Of a stretch of 45,754 nucleotides of DNA, positions 9,080-19,204 are shown one piece after another (the stretch's first letter is position 1; each line of letters opens with the position of its first letter). The notes under the pieces were generated by a model. The model worked only from the letters and a program-made list of their open reading frames with translations, was not told where the DNA came from and did not search any database. Position numbers and translations under genes: made by a program. Where the stretch lies: IMG/VR virus record IMGVR_UViG_3300025762_000005, one strand, 5' to 3'. The DNA comes from a virus.

Positions 9080-11655
9080 TAATTAAAGAATACATAGAAT
9101 TTGAAAGAGGGCAAAATCCAAAAAAGAGTCTTCGTATTGGGGTTCATCATTTAATTCCTCAAATAATTGAGAAATTCGAGGAATCCCCATTTGAACTTAC
9201 TCGAAGAGGGGAAGTTTTAGATCTTGAACAGAAGTATGAAGTGTCCCCAGAAAATTTTCATAATCCAGCAGGGCATCCAAAATATGATTGGGAATTTGTG
9301 TATATCATGGAAGATTTTGAAGTTTCCATTCTTTATATGATCGATTTGAACAATGGCGAAATTTTAAGAAAAATGAAAGTTTCAAATCCTCGTATCGATG
9401 CAGAATATATTGATAATGAGAATTGGAAAATTACTTCTTTAAACCCCGATAAGATTTATGAGGAAATAGATCAAGATTATGCTTTAATTGATATTGCCGA
9501 TGCTGCAGAATATTTATGGGATATGTATCAAAAGCAAATAGAAGAAGAAGAATTTGAGGATGAAGAGATTGATGAAAGCTTAGATTTTGAAAGAGGAAAA
9601 ACACCAGAGCAAATTAAAAGAGATTTAAGAGGACATTTTCGTCCTGGCGAAATTTTGCTCCGCCCCGATAATGGATACACTCCTCATCAAACAATTATGG
9701 TATTTAAAAGAATAACTCCGCCGGATTATGCTGGAGAACAATATTATGAAGTAGCTACTTTAGGATATATCAATACTAAAGGGGAAGTAAAAACTTACGG
9801 GTCATCTCGCTTTGCAATGGATGATTATAATAAAGGGAATATGGTTTCTATTGACACCAAAACAAGATTCCCAAATAAAGAAGAGGAGCTGCTTATAAAA
9901 AGATTCTTAAATAAAAGCAAAATTTGGAAAATAAAAGAAGCTATTGGAATTTATCCTATTCTCAATGGTAAATCTTTATCCCTAACAGAATCCATCGATT
10001 TTGTCCGCAGTCAAGAAAATCCGCTGGATTCTTTAGAGATAGGACGCGTTTTGGAAAGAATAAAAGAGCAAGTTATGGAAATAGGTCCTGATATAGCTCA
10101 AAAAACTTCTCTAGGATGGTTAGTTACTCAAGTAAAATTTGTTGAAGGAATTCCAGAGGGTCAAGTTATCTGGAATTCTAAATCTTTAAAGGATCTTACC
10201 GAATCCGGATGGAAAAAACTTTTCAGAGAAATGAAAGAAATTAAATCAAAAATGTTTCCAAATATGAAGGAAGGATTAGAATTTAATAGGGGGATGGACC
10301 CAAGGGATTCTATGGAAATAGGAAGGATCGAGGAAAGAAGAGAGGCTTTAATAGATTGGATTATAGAGCAAGATCCTATAAAATGGACGGGAAGCTCTGT
10401 ATTAGCTCCTTTTATTACTCGAAGACATCCTCATCCATGGGGTTGGGATATGAAAAAATTCGAGGATGCTTCCCTTATGGAATTAAATCATATAAAGGAA
10501 TACATTGAAAAATGGGAAGCCGTTGATAAGAAATATAATGTCTTTGATGGGCCAGCCTCAAAAGTTCATGAAAGATTAAATTTTGAAAGGGGAATGGATC
10601 CTAAACAATCTATGGATATTGGAATAAATGCTAGGATTAATAAAATTACAAGTAGTGATCTGGAATTCCTTAAAATCTATACAAATGATGGAGATGGAAA
10701 AGGACATGCCAATCCGAGATTTTTTGAAGATGTTTATGGGGATTCTCTAAGCTTTAATGAATATTTAGAAAGAGCAAAACGAACTTATAATTTACTTGAA
10801 CCTTTTGAATATCTTTTTGGGGATCATTTTCCATCGGATATGAAAAAGGAAATGAGAGAATATGTGAAAAGTTACTTAAAAAATCCTAAATATAATTACG
10901 CTTATAATTGTGATATTATGGGGGACGGTGATGTTGATGTGTTCTTTTCGGAAATAAAATTACCTTCTGCAGAGCTTCTTGGAAAAAAACCTGGGTTAAA
11001 AGAATCTGTTAATTTTGAAAGAGGCATTGATCCTAAGAAATCTATGCAAATAGGCGTAAAAGCCAAAGTAAAAGAAGGAATGAATTGTTTATTACAGAGT
11101 TCCCGAAATTTTTCTTCAAGAATTTCTACAATTAATTTAGCGGGTAATAGAAATGATCTTTGGCTAGAAATTTCTGATTATGGAACTCCTAATTTTGAGG
11201 ATTTTATTGAGAGCTGTTTATCCCCGGAATATTTTGAACGGATTTATATAAAGGCAAAACCTAGAAAATATAAATCAACATCTCAAAATAAATGGGTTCT
11301 AGTTATAAAAACACAATATAAATCGGCATTTAGAGCATGTTTTGATAATCAAGGGTATATTATTGAATCTGCCAATTTTGAAAGAGGATTGGATAAGGAA
11401 AAATTAAGAATTGGAAGTATTCGTCCTATTGAAAAGTTAAAAAAAGATTATCATAATATTCAGGAGTTAGTTCAAACAGGTAAATATTTGGAATTTCAAA
11501 TTCCCTTTAGTAAAGAAGCTTTAGAAGCTATTCCAAATACTAATTATTTTGGATGGGGGAATATTCAAAATAATTTTAAAAATATGAGTAGGGAAGAATT
11601 ATTTCCCTTTGAATTAATTGTTCGTAAATATACTAAATTAATGGGTCTTGAATGA
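9076..11655 (+). CDS. Seven-module FERG-tag protein, putative virion polyprotein
   Basis: 859 aa; seven copies of E-x-x-x-F-x-R-(G/S) tags (Phe codons at 9100, 9586, 10000, 10282, 10582, 11014, 11377); ATGA overlap with the gp5-like stop. Confidence 0.8.
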   Translation: MIIKEYIEFERGQNPKKSLRIGVHHLIPQIIEKFEESPFELTRRGEVLDLEQKYEVSPENFHNPAGHPKYDWEFVYIMEDFEVSILYMIDLNNGEILRKMKVSNPRIDAEYIDNENWKITSLNPDKIYEEIDQDYALIDIADAAEYLWDMYQKQIEEEEFEDEEIDESLDFERGKTPEQIKRDLRGHFRPGEILLRPDNGYTPHQTIMVFKRITPPDYAGEQYYEVATLGYINTKGEVKTYGSSRFAMDDYNKGNMVSIDTKTRFPNKEEELLIKRFLNKSKIWKIKEAIGIYPILNGKSLSLTESIDFVRSQENPLDSLEIGRVLERIKEQVMEIGPDIAQKTSLGWLVTQVKFVEGIPEGQVIWNSKSLKDLTESGWKKLFREMKEIKSKMFPNMKEGLEFNRGMDPRDSMEIGRIEERREALIDWIIEQDPIKWTGSSVLAPFITRRHPHPWGWDMKKFEDASLMELNHIKEYIEKWEAVDKKYNVFDGPASKVHERLNFERGMDPKQSMDIGINARINKITSSDLEFLKIYTNDGDGKGHANPRFFEDVYGDSLSFNEYLERAKRTYNLLEPFEYLFGDHFPSDMKKEMREYVKSYLKNPKYNYAYNCDIMGDGDVDVFFSEIKLPSAELLGKKPGLKESVNFERGIDPKKSMQIGVKAKVKEGMNCLLQSSRNFSSRISTINLAGNRNDLWLEISDYGTPNFEDFIESCLSPEYFERIYIKAKPRKYKSTSQNKWVLVIKTQYKSAFRACFDNQGYIIESANFERGLDKEKLRIGSIRPIEKLKKDYHNIQELVQTGKYLEFQIPFSKEALEAIPNTNYFGWGNIQNNFKNMSREELFPFELIVRKYTKLMGLE

Positions 11656-12296
11656 AGGCTTTAAAAATATATGAAACCCTTAACTTTAAAAGATTTGAAG
11701 ATCCCAAGGAATCTATGGGGATAGGTAATGAGGAATTCAAAATGATAAATGCTGTAGATAAAGAGCTTAAACCCATGGGGCTTATTAAAACAGGACCAGC
11801 GGATATGGGTAGTCAAAGCCATTATATGAGAAGTTTAGAAGAATGGAAAAAACCAGGGGGATCTAAAGATAGGCAAACGCGAGTTAATTTATATTTTATG
11901 AATTGGTATGGAATTGAAAAATATCAATTTAGCATCGTAGTTAATGGTTATCCAATTCATTTTGGCAAGGATTCAACTGATTGGTATGATTTTAAAAATA
12001 AATGGCCAGAGTGGACAAGTTCCTTAGAAATAATTAGAATGACGGAATTAAAACCCCGGAGTATAATAAGATCTAGATCAAAATATGCAATATCTAGCAA
12101 ACTGCATCAATTTAGATACCAGGAATCCGATATAAGAAAAAAGGATTGGATTATAGAAAAGGGAGAAGAAATTCAAATTATAGATATAGATTTTAATGCT
12201 CCGGGGTGGGGGGAAATAAAGGTATCATTTGACAATACATATTTTATCTGTAATCCACAAGAATTATGGCAACATTTTGAAATTGTCAGTTTATGA
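11652..12296 (+). CDS. FERG-tag family protein
   Basis: Starts MKALKIYETLNFKRFEDPKESMGIG; ATGA overlaps on both sides. Confidence 0.75.
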   Translation: MKALKIYETLNFKRFEDPKESMGIGNEEFKMINAVDKELKPMGLIKTGPADMGSQSHYMRSLEEWKKPGGSKDRQTRVNLYFMNWYGIEKYQFSIVVNGYPIHFGKDSTDWYDFKNKWPEWTSSLEIIRMTELKPRSIIRSRSKYAISSKLHQFRYQESDIRKKDWIIEKGEEIQIIDIDFNAPGWGEIKVSFDNTYFICNPQELWQHFEIVSL

Positions 12297-15200
12297 GTCT
12301 TAAAGATAAATTAATAAAAGCTGCCTTTGGAAAACTAACTTTGGAAATCGAGAAATATAAAGGGTTCCTTAAAAAACCCGCTACTCTTCTCGCTTTAAAA
12401 ACTGCTGCTTTTTCTTTACTAAATATTCTACTTTCCCAATTAAAAGATGTTATAAGTAAAAAATTCACTGATGATGAGGCTTTATCCTATGTAAAAAATA
12501 ATAGGGATCTTCAAAAGCTATGGGGTTTAATTGGGCAGGATGTAGAAGAATCCTATCTTAATGAAATACTTCTTCTATGCGAAAATCCAAATTATTATGA
12601 ACAAGATTTTGAAAATTTCCTAAAATCCCTAGATGGAAAAAATTTATCCGGGGAAGATTATATAAACTTGTTCAATAATTCTGATGAATTTGATAGAAAA
12701 ACCTCCAATTATAAAAAGAGCACAGAAATGGCAAATGCTATTTCAAAAATAACTGAGGTAGCTCCCTGGGCATTTATGGTTTATGTAATTGGATTAAAGA
12801 TAAAAGAATTTTTGTCTCAAAATGAAGATCCTTCACCATATAGAGGAAAATATCTTCAAAGACTTATCCGCATTATTTCATCTATATTAAAACAAAGAAT
12901 ACAAGATGAAAAAAATGCTGTTAAGGGAGTAAAAGAAGCTGCAAAATCTATATCTGAAAAAGAAAGAAAACAAATTGAATCTATTCTTAAATCTTTAAAA
13001 TCTTTAGATGCAATTATAGTTGGAAGCTTATTAGCTTCGGCCGTTTATTTAAGAAATCGAAAACTTTTACAGAGTAAGTCCCTTGAATCATTCCGGGAAA
13101 TACACTCTGCTCAATTATGCGAAATGGTAACAGAGCCGGAAATACCTGAAATTGTTCCAGTCCCTTTAAATGAAAATTTGACCACCTGCCCCGTTGATTT
13201 AGATGATAATTTAGTGCCTCATATTCCCATTGAATTATCAGATCTTTCTTGTGAAATACCTTTAGGACAGGATTCTTCAATTACCGAGGGATCGCAACCA
13301 GATATTGCGACCAAAGCTCTTTATGAAAATACTTCTTCAGTTAACTTTAATATTTTGGTTAAAGCCGGGGATACACTTAGAGTAAATGTTCCAATGGCTA
13401 CTTATGATGGGGATAAGGTTTATCCTACTGTGAATGGGGTTGTAGAAAAAGTAGAACCTAATAAAATTTATGTTGAAAATATTTCGGATCCCGATCAGAC
13501 ATATTTGGAAGAGGTAATTACAAAAATGAATGATGCCTATAAAGAATTAAACGATACTAAATTCTTTTTAATTGATTTTTATATTCCTTCCTGGTATCCT
13601 GTAATGTTAAAATTTTCGCCTCTTATCGATGGGAGCCTTTCTATTCAAGAATCATTATTACTCTTTTATAAAACAGGCGGGGTAAAGAAAAGGTGGGATG
13701 GAATACAAAGTGATTTTGAAAAACAAAAGAAAGATTGGGATAAAAGAAATAAAGATATAGCCAAAGACAGTAAAGTAAAAGCCAAAGCCGAGGCTGAAAA
13801 GATGGACGATATTCGAGTTGAAATGAATCAGAGTGAAGAGATTCTTTTTAAACAATTAAAGGCCGATGCTGTACAAGGGGTAAATGAATCCAAAGTAACT
13901 AAGCCAGATGAAAAAGAATTCGAGCTTATAGAATATTACTTTTGGCTATCCCAAAAATTAATGGCTTATTTTGATAAGAATACTATTGCAACCACTATGA
14001 TTAATAAAATATCTGAATTCCTAAGAGAAAGGTATTTTACAGACAAATATAGTGTAGATAAAATAAAATCAAAAATCAATAACTATTGTAAGGATCTTGC
14101 TCAGGGAACCTTCTTTTCAGTTACCCCGGATTTTTATAAGATATTAAGACAAAAATGGGACGAATCTAATGCCCAAATAGGACAGCGTTTTACAGCCGCT
14201 GAGGACTATTTAAAAGATTTACAAAAAAATAACAAAAAACTAAATGACACTGAGAAAACCTCATTACGTGAATTTATTTTATTCCTATTTAATTTTAGCA
14301 TTGAGATCGATAAACTTATCGAAACAAAATACTCAACGGAAAAAACAAAATGGACCGAAACAGAATTAGAAGGAATATGGATTGAACAATTCTTCGCTTC
14401 TCTATGGAAAAGATATGATACTCTCCCCGGGGAAATTGAAGGTTATCAAAAGGAATTAGATGATATTGCTCGTACTTTTACTACGTATTCGATTATAGTT
14501 ATAAATGACGAACAATATAGATATTATTCAATTGGAGAAGCTGCATGTGAACCCCCAGAAGAGGATGACCCATATCTTTCTCCTAAAAGTAAAAAAGGAT
14601 ATGGCGATATTTCTTATTGGCTAAGATATTGTTCATTTGCTACTCTTGCAAGTGTTGCAAACCCAGCTACAAGTTGGTCAACAGGAATTCCCCCTCCAAT
14701 TGGGCCTATTCCTTTTCCAACCGTTTATATTCCAATAAAAGCTTTTGAAGTAAACTGGGGATTTATTGTTGTTGGGCTTACAATTACGGGTATTTATCCT
14801 TTCCCCTGGGCTCTCTTTGTTAACTGGTCTACTGAACATCATGTTCCTTTAGCAGATCCGGCAACTTTAGTTAAAAAAGAAGTGGAAGCTTTAAAAAAAG
14901 AACTTTCTAATCAATTAAAGGAATTTAAAAAAGAAAAATTAAAAACTTATTTGGATAAAGTAAAAGAAGACATAAAATTTCTTCAAGAACAATTATCTGA
15001 TTTGCAAAATCAAAAAAGAACTCTTAGGGAACAAAAGCCTCGAAGGGATTATTCGGTAGAAAGAAAAATCGATATTCCTAGATATACAACGGATCTAGCA
15101 AAATGGGCCGAGAAAGTGGTAGTCTTAGACGAATTGATTTTAACCTCTAAGAAAGATAAAATGCAATCAGAGATTAAATATAAGATCATTAAGGATGCTT

Positions 15201-15715
15201 ATGACGGAGCTCCTATTGCAAAAAATCAGGATGCTAAGATACAGGCTTTACAAAACACAGAAGAAAAAATATTATCTCAATTTGATAAGCTAGATTTATT
15301 AATAGCTGGAATTGATAAGTTTTTAGCTCCCCTTCCTATTGCAACAAAACCGGAGACAGCTAATTTTGCATTTACGGTAAAAAATCCAAAACCTATTATT
15401 AATATGGCTACGGATATTGACCAGAATATAAATTATGGTCCTTTAAATAAAATTATAGAAAAATTCGAGCCTAAAAATGAGGACTTAATGAAAACCAATT
15501 ATGGTTCTATTTTATCCAAAACATTTAATAATTTCAAAGGATATAAAACAGCTTTGAAAGCAGCTATGCCTACTATAATTAAAAGCGATCCTTTTCCAAA
15601 ATATGAGAATTTAAAGCCAAGTAATCTACCATGGATGACTTTCCTATTAAAGGAATGGGCTCCAACAGGAGCAAAAACCTATGGATTTCCTGGATTTCCT
15701 CCGCTGCCTCTTTAA
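12293..15715 (+). CDS. Large hypothetical virion-associated protein with coiled coils and hydrophobic segments
   Basis: 1140-aa ORF ending the + strand baseplate operon; no confident family. Confidence 0.55.
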   Translation: MSLKDKLIKAAFGKLTLEIEKYKGFLKKPATLLALKTAAFSLLNILLSQLKDVISKKFTDDEALSYVKNNRDLQKLWGLIGQDVEESYLNEILLLCENPNYYEQDFENFLKSLDGKNLSGEDYINLFNNSDEFDRKTSNYKKSTEMANAISKITEVAPWAFMVYVIGLKIKEFLSQNEDPSPYRGKYLQRLIRIISSILKQRIQDEKNAVKGVKEAAKSISEKERKQIESILKSLKSLDAIIVGSLLASAVYLRNRKLLQSKSLESFREIHSAQLCEMVTEPEIPEIVPVPLNENLTTCPVDLDDNLVPHIPIELSDLSCEIPLGQDSSITEGSQPDIATKALYENTSSVNFNILVKAGDTLRVNVPMATYDGDKVYPTVNGVVEKVEPNKIYVENISDPDQTYLEEVITKMNDAYKELNDTKFFLIDFYIPSWYPVMLKFSPLIDGSLSIQESLLLFYKTGGVKKRWDGIQSDFEKQKKDWDKRNKDIAKDSKVKAKAEAEKMDDIRVEMNQSEEILFKQLKADAVQGVNESKVTKPDEKEFELIEYYFWLSQKLMAYFDKNTIATTMINKISEFLRERYFTDKYSVDKIKSKINNYCKDLAQGTFFSVTPDFYKILRQKWDESNAQIGQRFTAAEDYLKDLQKNNKKLNDTEKTSLREFILFLFNFSIEIDKLIETKYSTEKTKWTETELEGIWIEQFFASLWKRYDTLPGEIEGYQKELDDIARTFTTYSIIVINDEQYRYYSIGEAACEPPEEDDPYLSPKSKKGYGDISYWLRYCSFATLASVANPATSWSTGIPPPIGPIPFPTVYIPIKAFEVNWGFIVVGLTITGIYPFPWALFVNWSTEHHVPLADPATLVKKEVEALKKELSNQLKEFKKEKLKTYLDKVKEDIKFLQEQLSDLQNQKRTLREQKPRRDYSVERKIDIPRYTTDLAKWAEKVVVLDELILTSKKDKMQSEIKYKIIKDAYDGAPIAKNQDAKIQALQNTEEKILSQFDKLDLLIAGIDKFLAPLPIATKPETANFAFTVKNPKPIINMATDIDQNINYGPLNKIIEKFEPKNEDLMKTNYGSILSKTFNNFKGYKTALKAAMPTIIKSDPFPKYENLKPSNLPWMTFLLKEWAPTGAKTYGFPGFPPLPL

Positions 15716-16662
15716 TCGTATGCTTTTTGAATCCTATTGGATAATTCAATTACTTTTTGATATTCTTCCGGAGTTAAACTTCCAAAAAGATAATAAATGG
15801 GATCCACTTTTTTATTATCTTTAATAACTTCGTAATGTAAATGGGGGCCTGTTGATAATCCAGTACTTCCAACATAAGCAATAATTTCGCCTCTTGTTAC
15901 TTTTTCGCCAGGCTTGGATTTAAATTTTTGAAGATGGGAATATAAAGTTTTGTAACCGTATCCGTGATCAATTATAATTAAGTTACCATACCCCTGAGAT
16001 CTTTTATCCGAATCCTTAATGATTATTTGGACAACACCATCCCCCGTAGCATATACTGGGGTTCCGAGAGGAGCTGTAAAATCTAATCCATAATGAAATT
16101 TGGGTATTCCATAAATAGGATGAATTCTCATACCCCATCCAGACGCAATTCTTTTTAAGTTTTTATTTTCGATTGGCTGAATAGCTGGGATGTGCAAAAG
16201 CATCTCTTGATGAGAATGTGCTAAATCTACAAGTCCATCAAGCTGGTATAATTCCTTGGCCATCTTGTCGTTTAATATACTTATTCTATTATTAGTTTCC
16301 TGAACGACAGACATATAAAAGTTTGGGCTTGTATCATCAAATTCCAGCCCCATTTGTTTTCGCGGTTCCTGATTTATATCAAAGATAGATTGATAAATTA
16401 TACTATCATGTTCTTTTATCATTCCAAGAGTCGTTTCAGCTTCTATAATTCTTTTATTTATATTATTAAATTCCTCAACCAGATATACCAAATCTTTCCT
16501 TAATTTTTTCTCATCTGGAGTATCATAATAAGTAGAAATAATAAAAACAAAAATAGATGAAATAACAACTTGTATTAGAAAAAAAGGAATTAGAAACTTT
16601 CCTCTAAAAAACCTAAATCTTTTATAGGAGATGGAATTTTTCTCAAATGTATAAAACTTCAT
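15712..16662 (-). CDS. M23 family metallopeptidase (peptidoglycan endopeptidase) with N-terminal TM segment and coiled coil
   Basis: HYGLDF (HxxxD) and GPHLHYEV (HxH) zinc motifs; YKTLYSHL; hydrophobic segment near the N-terminus. Confidence 0.9.
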   Translation of the reverse strand: MKFYTFEKNSISYKRFRFFRGKFLIPFFLIQVVISSIFVFIISTYYDTPDEKKLRKDLVYLVEEFNNINKRIIEAETTLGMIKEHDSIIYQSIFDINQEPRKQMGLEFDDTSPNFYMSVVQETNNRISILNDKMAKELYQLDGLVDLAHSHQEMLLHIPAIQPIENKNLKRIASGWGMRIHPIYGIPKFHYGLDFTAPLGTPVYATGDGVVQIIIKDSDKRSQGYGNLIIIDHGYGYKTLYSHLQKFKSKPGEKVTRGEIIAYVGSTGLSTGPHLHYEVIKDNKKVDPIYYLFGSLTPEEYQKVIELSNRIQKAYD

Positions 16663-16671
16663 CCATTGGAA

Positions 16672-16686
16672 TTTTTATTATATATT
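16672..16686 (-). promoter_or_regulatory. Putative phage late promoter for the M23 gene
   Basis: aatatataataaaaa on the - strand, 9 nt before ATG 16662. Confidence 0.4.
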
Positions 16687-16693
16687 TTTAGTA

Positions 16694-16709
16694 GATAAAT
16701 ATAATAAAA
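16694..16709 (+). promoter_or_regulatory. Putative phage late promoter
   Basis: gataaatataataaaa 7 nt before ATG 16717; divergent partner of the M23 promoter. Confidence 0.45.
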
Positions 16710-16716
16710 TTGTTCC

Positions 16717-17451
16717 ATGAAACTTGTTTGCGAATCATTAGAAGAATTATACGGAATTGATATAGAAGCTCCTGAATATTCCGCTGGAGAAAAAGCTGCT
16801 ATAACAAAAGGACAGGATGTTTTAACTAAACAACAATTAGCTGCAATGTATTTAGCTGCTAAAGATGCTATGGGAAGATCCGAGGATACCCGTGGCAGGG
16901 GGGATACTGCTCTGACACGTAATGCTATAAAAATTAATAAGGAGGAAAGCACAGATTTTAAAAAATTATCTATTCCAAGATTAGGGGATGTATTAGATCT
17001 TAAACCTCGCACAGTGAGTTACACAATATCAAAATTTAGACTTTTAATGCAAGGAAATCGTGAAGGAATTCATGGGAATGATTTATATGAAAAAATAATA
17101 AACGCATTCGATGAATTTGATAAAATGGAAAAAGAGGGCCGAGCAGGGGAAGTATATGCGTTAGCCGCAGAAGCTGTAAATATGGATGCAGGAACAGAAA
17201 GATCCACAAAATATGAGGAAGAATTAGCAGGCCAATACAAAAAAACAAAAGAAAGAATAGAAAGAAGAAACAGGAAAATAATGCAAGATACCTATGATTT
17301 ATATAATCAGCTTAGAGGGCCTTTTGGAGAAAGAGCACCAAAAAAGATTATTGATAAACTTTCATTAGAATATGGTTTGTCTCCAGAAGATATTCGCACA
17401 ATAATTAAGACAAATCTTAAAAACGATCCCAATCTAGCAAGAAAATTTTAA
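16717..17451 (+). CDS. Hypothetical protein with Glu-ending leader (MKLVCESLEE), possible internal head protein
   Basis: 244-aa ORF; the leader resembles hydrophobic-X-Glu processing sites. Confidence 0.6.
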   Translation: MKLVCESLEELYGIDIEAPEYSAGEKAAITKGQDVLTKQQLAAMYLAAKDAMGRSEDTRGRGDTALTRNAIKINKEESTDFKKLSIPRLGDVLDLKPRTVSYTISKFRLLMQGNREGIHGNDLYEKIINAFDEFDKMEKEGRAGEVYALAAEAVNMDAGTERSTKYEEELAGQYKKTKERIERRNRKIMQDTYDLYNQLRGPFGERAPKKIIDKLSLEYGLSPEDIRTIIKTNLKNDPNLARKF

Positions 17452-17457
17452 AAAAAT

Positions 17458-18113
17458 ATGAGAGCACAATTTGTTAAAATGGAAATAAATATTAAAACAA
17501 CGAAATGGTTTCGGGGATAATATATTGTGCTACTTTACCATCTAATAAAAAATATTATGGGTTTTCTTTAAATTTGGAAAACCGAAAAAGAACCCATAAA
17601 TGCCATGTAAATGCAGGAACCAAGAATAAGTTTTATAATGCTATTAGAAAATATGGATGGAATAATATTATATGGGAGATAATTGAAAAACATGATGCAG
17701 AATGTAAAAAGGATTTAAAAGAAATCCTATGCAATCGAGAAATGTATTGGATTGCAAAATCAAATACTTTTTTGGATGGATATAATATGACCGAAGGAGG
17801 GGATGGGGCGTTAGGATTATTATGGAAGGAAAATTCCAAAGAAAAATTAAGTGAAACTCAAAGGGGAAGAAAATTATCGGACAGTCATAAGAAAAATATT
17901 GGATTGGGATTGATCGGGAAATCCAATGGTATGAAAGATAAACATCATGATGAAAAAACAAAACATAACATAAGTAAAAAATTAGAAGGAATAAAAAGAT
18001 CAAAAGAAACTAAAGATAAAATGGGAAAATCTAAAATAGGAAAAAATAATCCTATGTATGGGAAAATCCCGTGGAATAAAAAAATCGATAAAAATGAGAG
18101 CAAAATTTGTTAA
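17458..18113 (+). repeat. 20-bp direct repeat flanking the GIY-YIG gene
   Basis: atgagagcacaatttgttaa (17458-17477) vs atgagagcaaaatttgttaa (18094-18113), 19/20 identical. Confidence 0.8.
17505..18113 (+). CDS. GIY-YIG homing endonuclease with NUMOD3-like repeats
   Basis: GIIY...KKYYG, RKRTH, NREMYWI, GYNMTEGG; SDSHKKNIG / DEKTKHNIS / SKETKDKMG repeats. Confidence 0.85.
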   Translation: MVSGIIYCATLPSNKKYYGFSLNLENRKRTHKCHVNAGTKNKFYNAIRKYGWNNIIWEIIEKHDAECKKDLKEILCNREMYWIAKSNTFLDGYNMTEGGDGALGLLWKENSKEKLSETQRGRKLSDSHKKNIGLGLIGKSNGMKDKHHDEKTKHNISKKLEGIKRSKETKDKMGKSKIGKNNPMYGKIPWNKKIDKNESKIC

Positions 18114-18888
18114 TGAGGGATACGGGCAGAAAGATTATGTGAGAATGGAGGATATAAAAACCAAGGCTAATGGTGATCATGATAAGGAAATTTCCTTAGC
18201 TACAACACAAGCTAAAATTATTCAAGATGCTGGTAAAGCACAGGCACGAGCCGAAGCAGCAGAAAAAGTATTTGGCGTTGGGAGCGATATTTCTCAGATA
18301 TTCCATGATCGAGCTGTCGAATTAGGTGGATCTCATGTTGTTGGAAAAGCTTCTAAACAAGTTCTTGCTCCGGTTACAGGGCCCGTAGAAAAAGGACAAA
18401 AAATCGAAAGAAAATTTAAAACACAATATCTTCTTCCATCCGAAAGATTAGGGGCGGCAGCTCCCGAAATAGGGCAAGCTAAAACAGGCGGTGGTGGTTT
18501 TATAAGAGATCGTGGAGATGTTTTTAAATCTATGGGTATTGGAAGATTTTCTACTCCTCCAGAAGTTGGGGGAAAAAGACTTTCCGATGCTTCTATCCTG
18601 CCGCTGGGGAGAGTTAATTTTGGAACCGGTGAATCCCAATATTTTAATGTCTATGATACTTATGATGGAACTGCAGAAATATGGAAAGATCATAGCGGAA
18701 ATTTCAAAGTTGTATTTACTTCAGGTGATAAACCCCTTGCAAAATTAAAAGATTATAGGGATTTTAGACATGATCAAACCTGGCAAAAAATGGGCCAATG
18801 GATTATGGTAGACTATGTTCCTGTAAAAGAAATGAAAGAACTGATCCGTGTTTATGGCGGAAGTTTACCAGGGTACACATATAAGTAA
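18094..18888 (+). CDS. Hypothetical protein with Glu-ending leader (MRAKFVNE); start reassigned from 18058
   Basis: ATG 18094 follows an A-rich stretch and gives a leader like other genes here; the track start lies inside the endonuclease. Confidence 0.65.
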   Translation: MRAKFVNEGYGQKDYVRMEDIKTKANGDHDKEISLATTQAKIIQDAGKAQARAEAAEKVFGVGSDISQIFHDRAVELGGSHVVGKASKQVLAPVTGPVEKGQKIERKFKTQYLLPSERLGAAAPEIGQAKTGGGGFIRDRGDVFKSMGIGRFSTPPEVGGKRLSDASILPLGRVNFGTGESQYFNVYDTYDGTAEIWKDHSGNFKVVFTSGDKPLAKLKDYRDFRHDQTWQKMGQWIMVDYVPVKEMKELIRVYGGSLPGYTYK

Positions 18889-18895
18889 AAATAAT

Positions 18896-19204
18896 ATGGG
18901 AATTGTTAAGGAGTATATTGATTTTGAAAGAGGACAGGATCCTAAGAAATCTATGAGAATCGGAAAAGCTTCAAGATCTTTTGAGGATAGTCTAGAAGCT
19001 GGGGAATATGTTAGAGATAACTTATTTGAAATCACAGGGTTTGAAGAAATTATTACAGATCCCGAAAATGAAGAACAAATAATTCCCGAATTAGCAGATA
19101 AGCTATATAAATGGTATAAGGAAAATGAATATCGTATCAAAGATAAAAATGAAGAAGATTTTTGGGAAGCATTTATTGATTGGGAAAATTTAAGATATAG
19201 ATGA
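18896..19204 (+). CDS. FERG-tag family protein; start reassigned from 18848
   Basis: MGIVKEYIDFERGQDPKKSMRIG begins 7 nt after the upstream stop. Confidence 0.75.
   Translation: MGIVKEYIDFERGQDPKKSMRIGKASRSFEDSLEAGEYVRDNLFEITGFEEIITDPENEEQIIPELADKLYKWYKENEYRIKDKNEEDFWEAFIDWENLRYR

Noticed and set aside
17458-18113. Group I intron interrupting the downstream gene
   Set aside because: The endonuclease ORF fills nearly all the space between the repeats, leaving no room for a recognisable ribozyme core.
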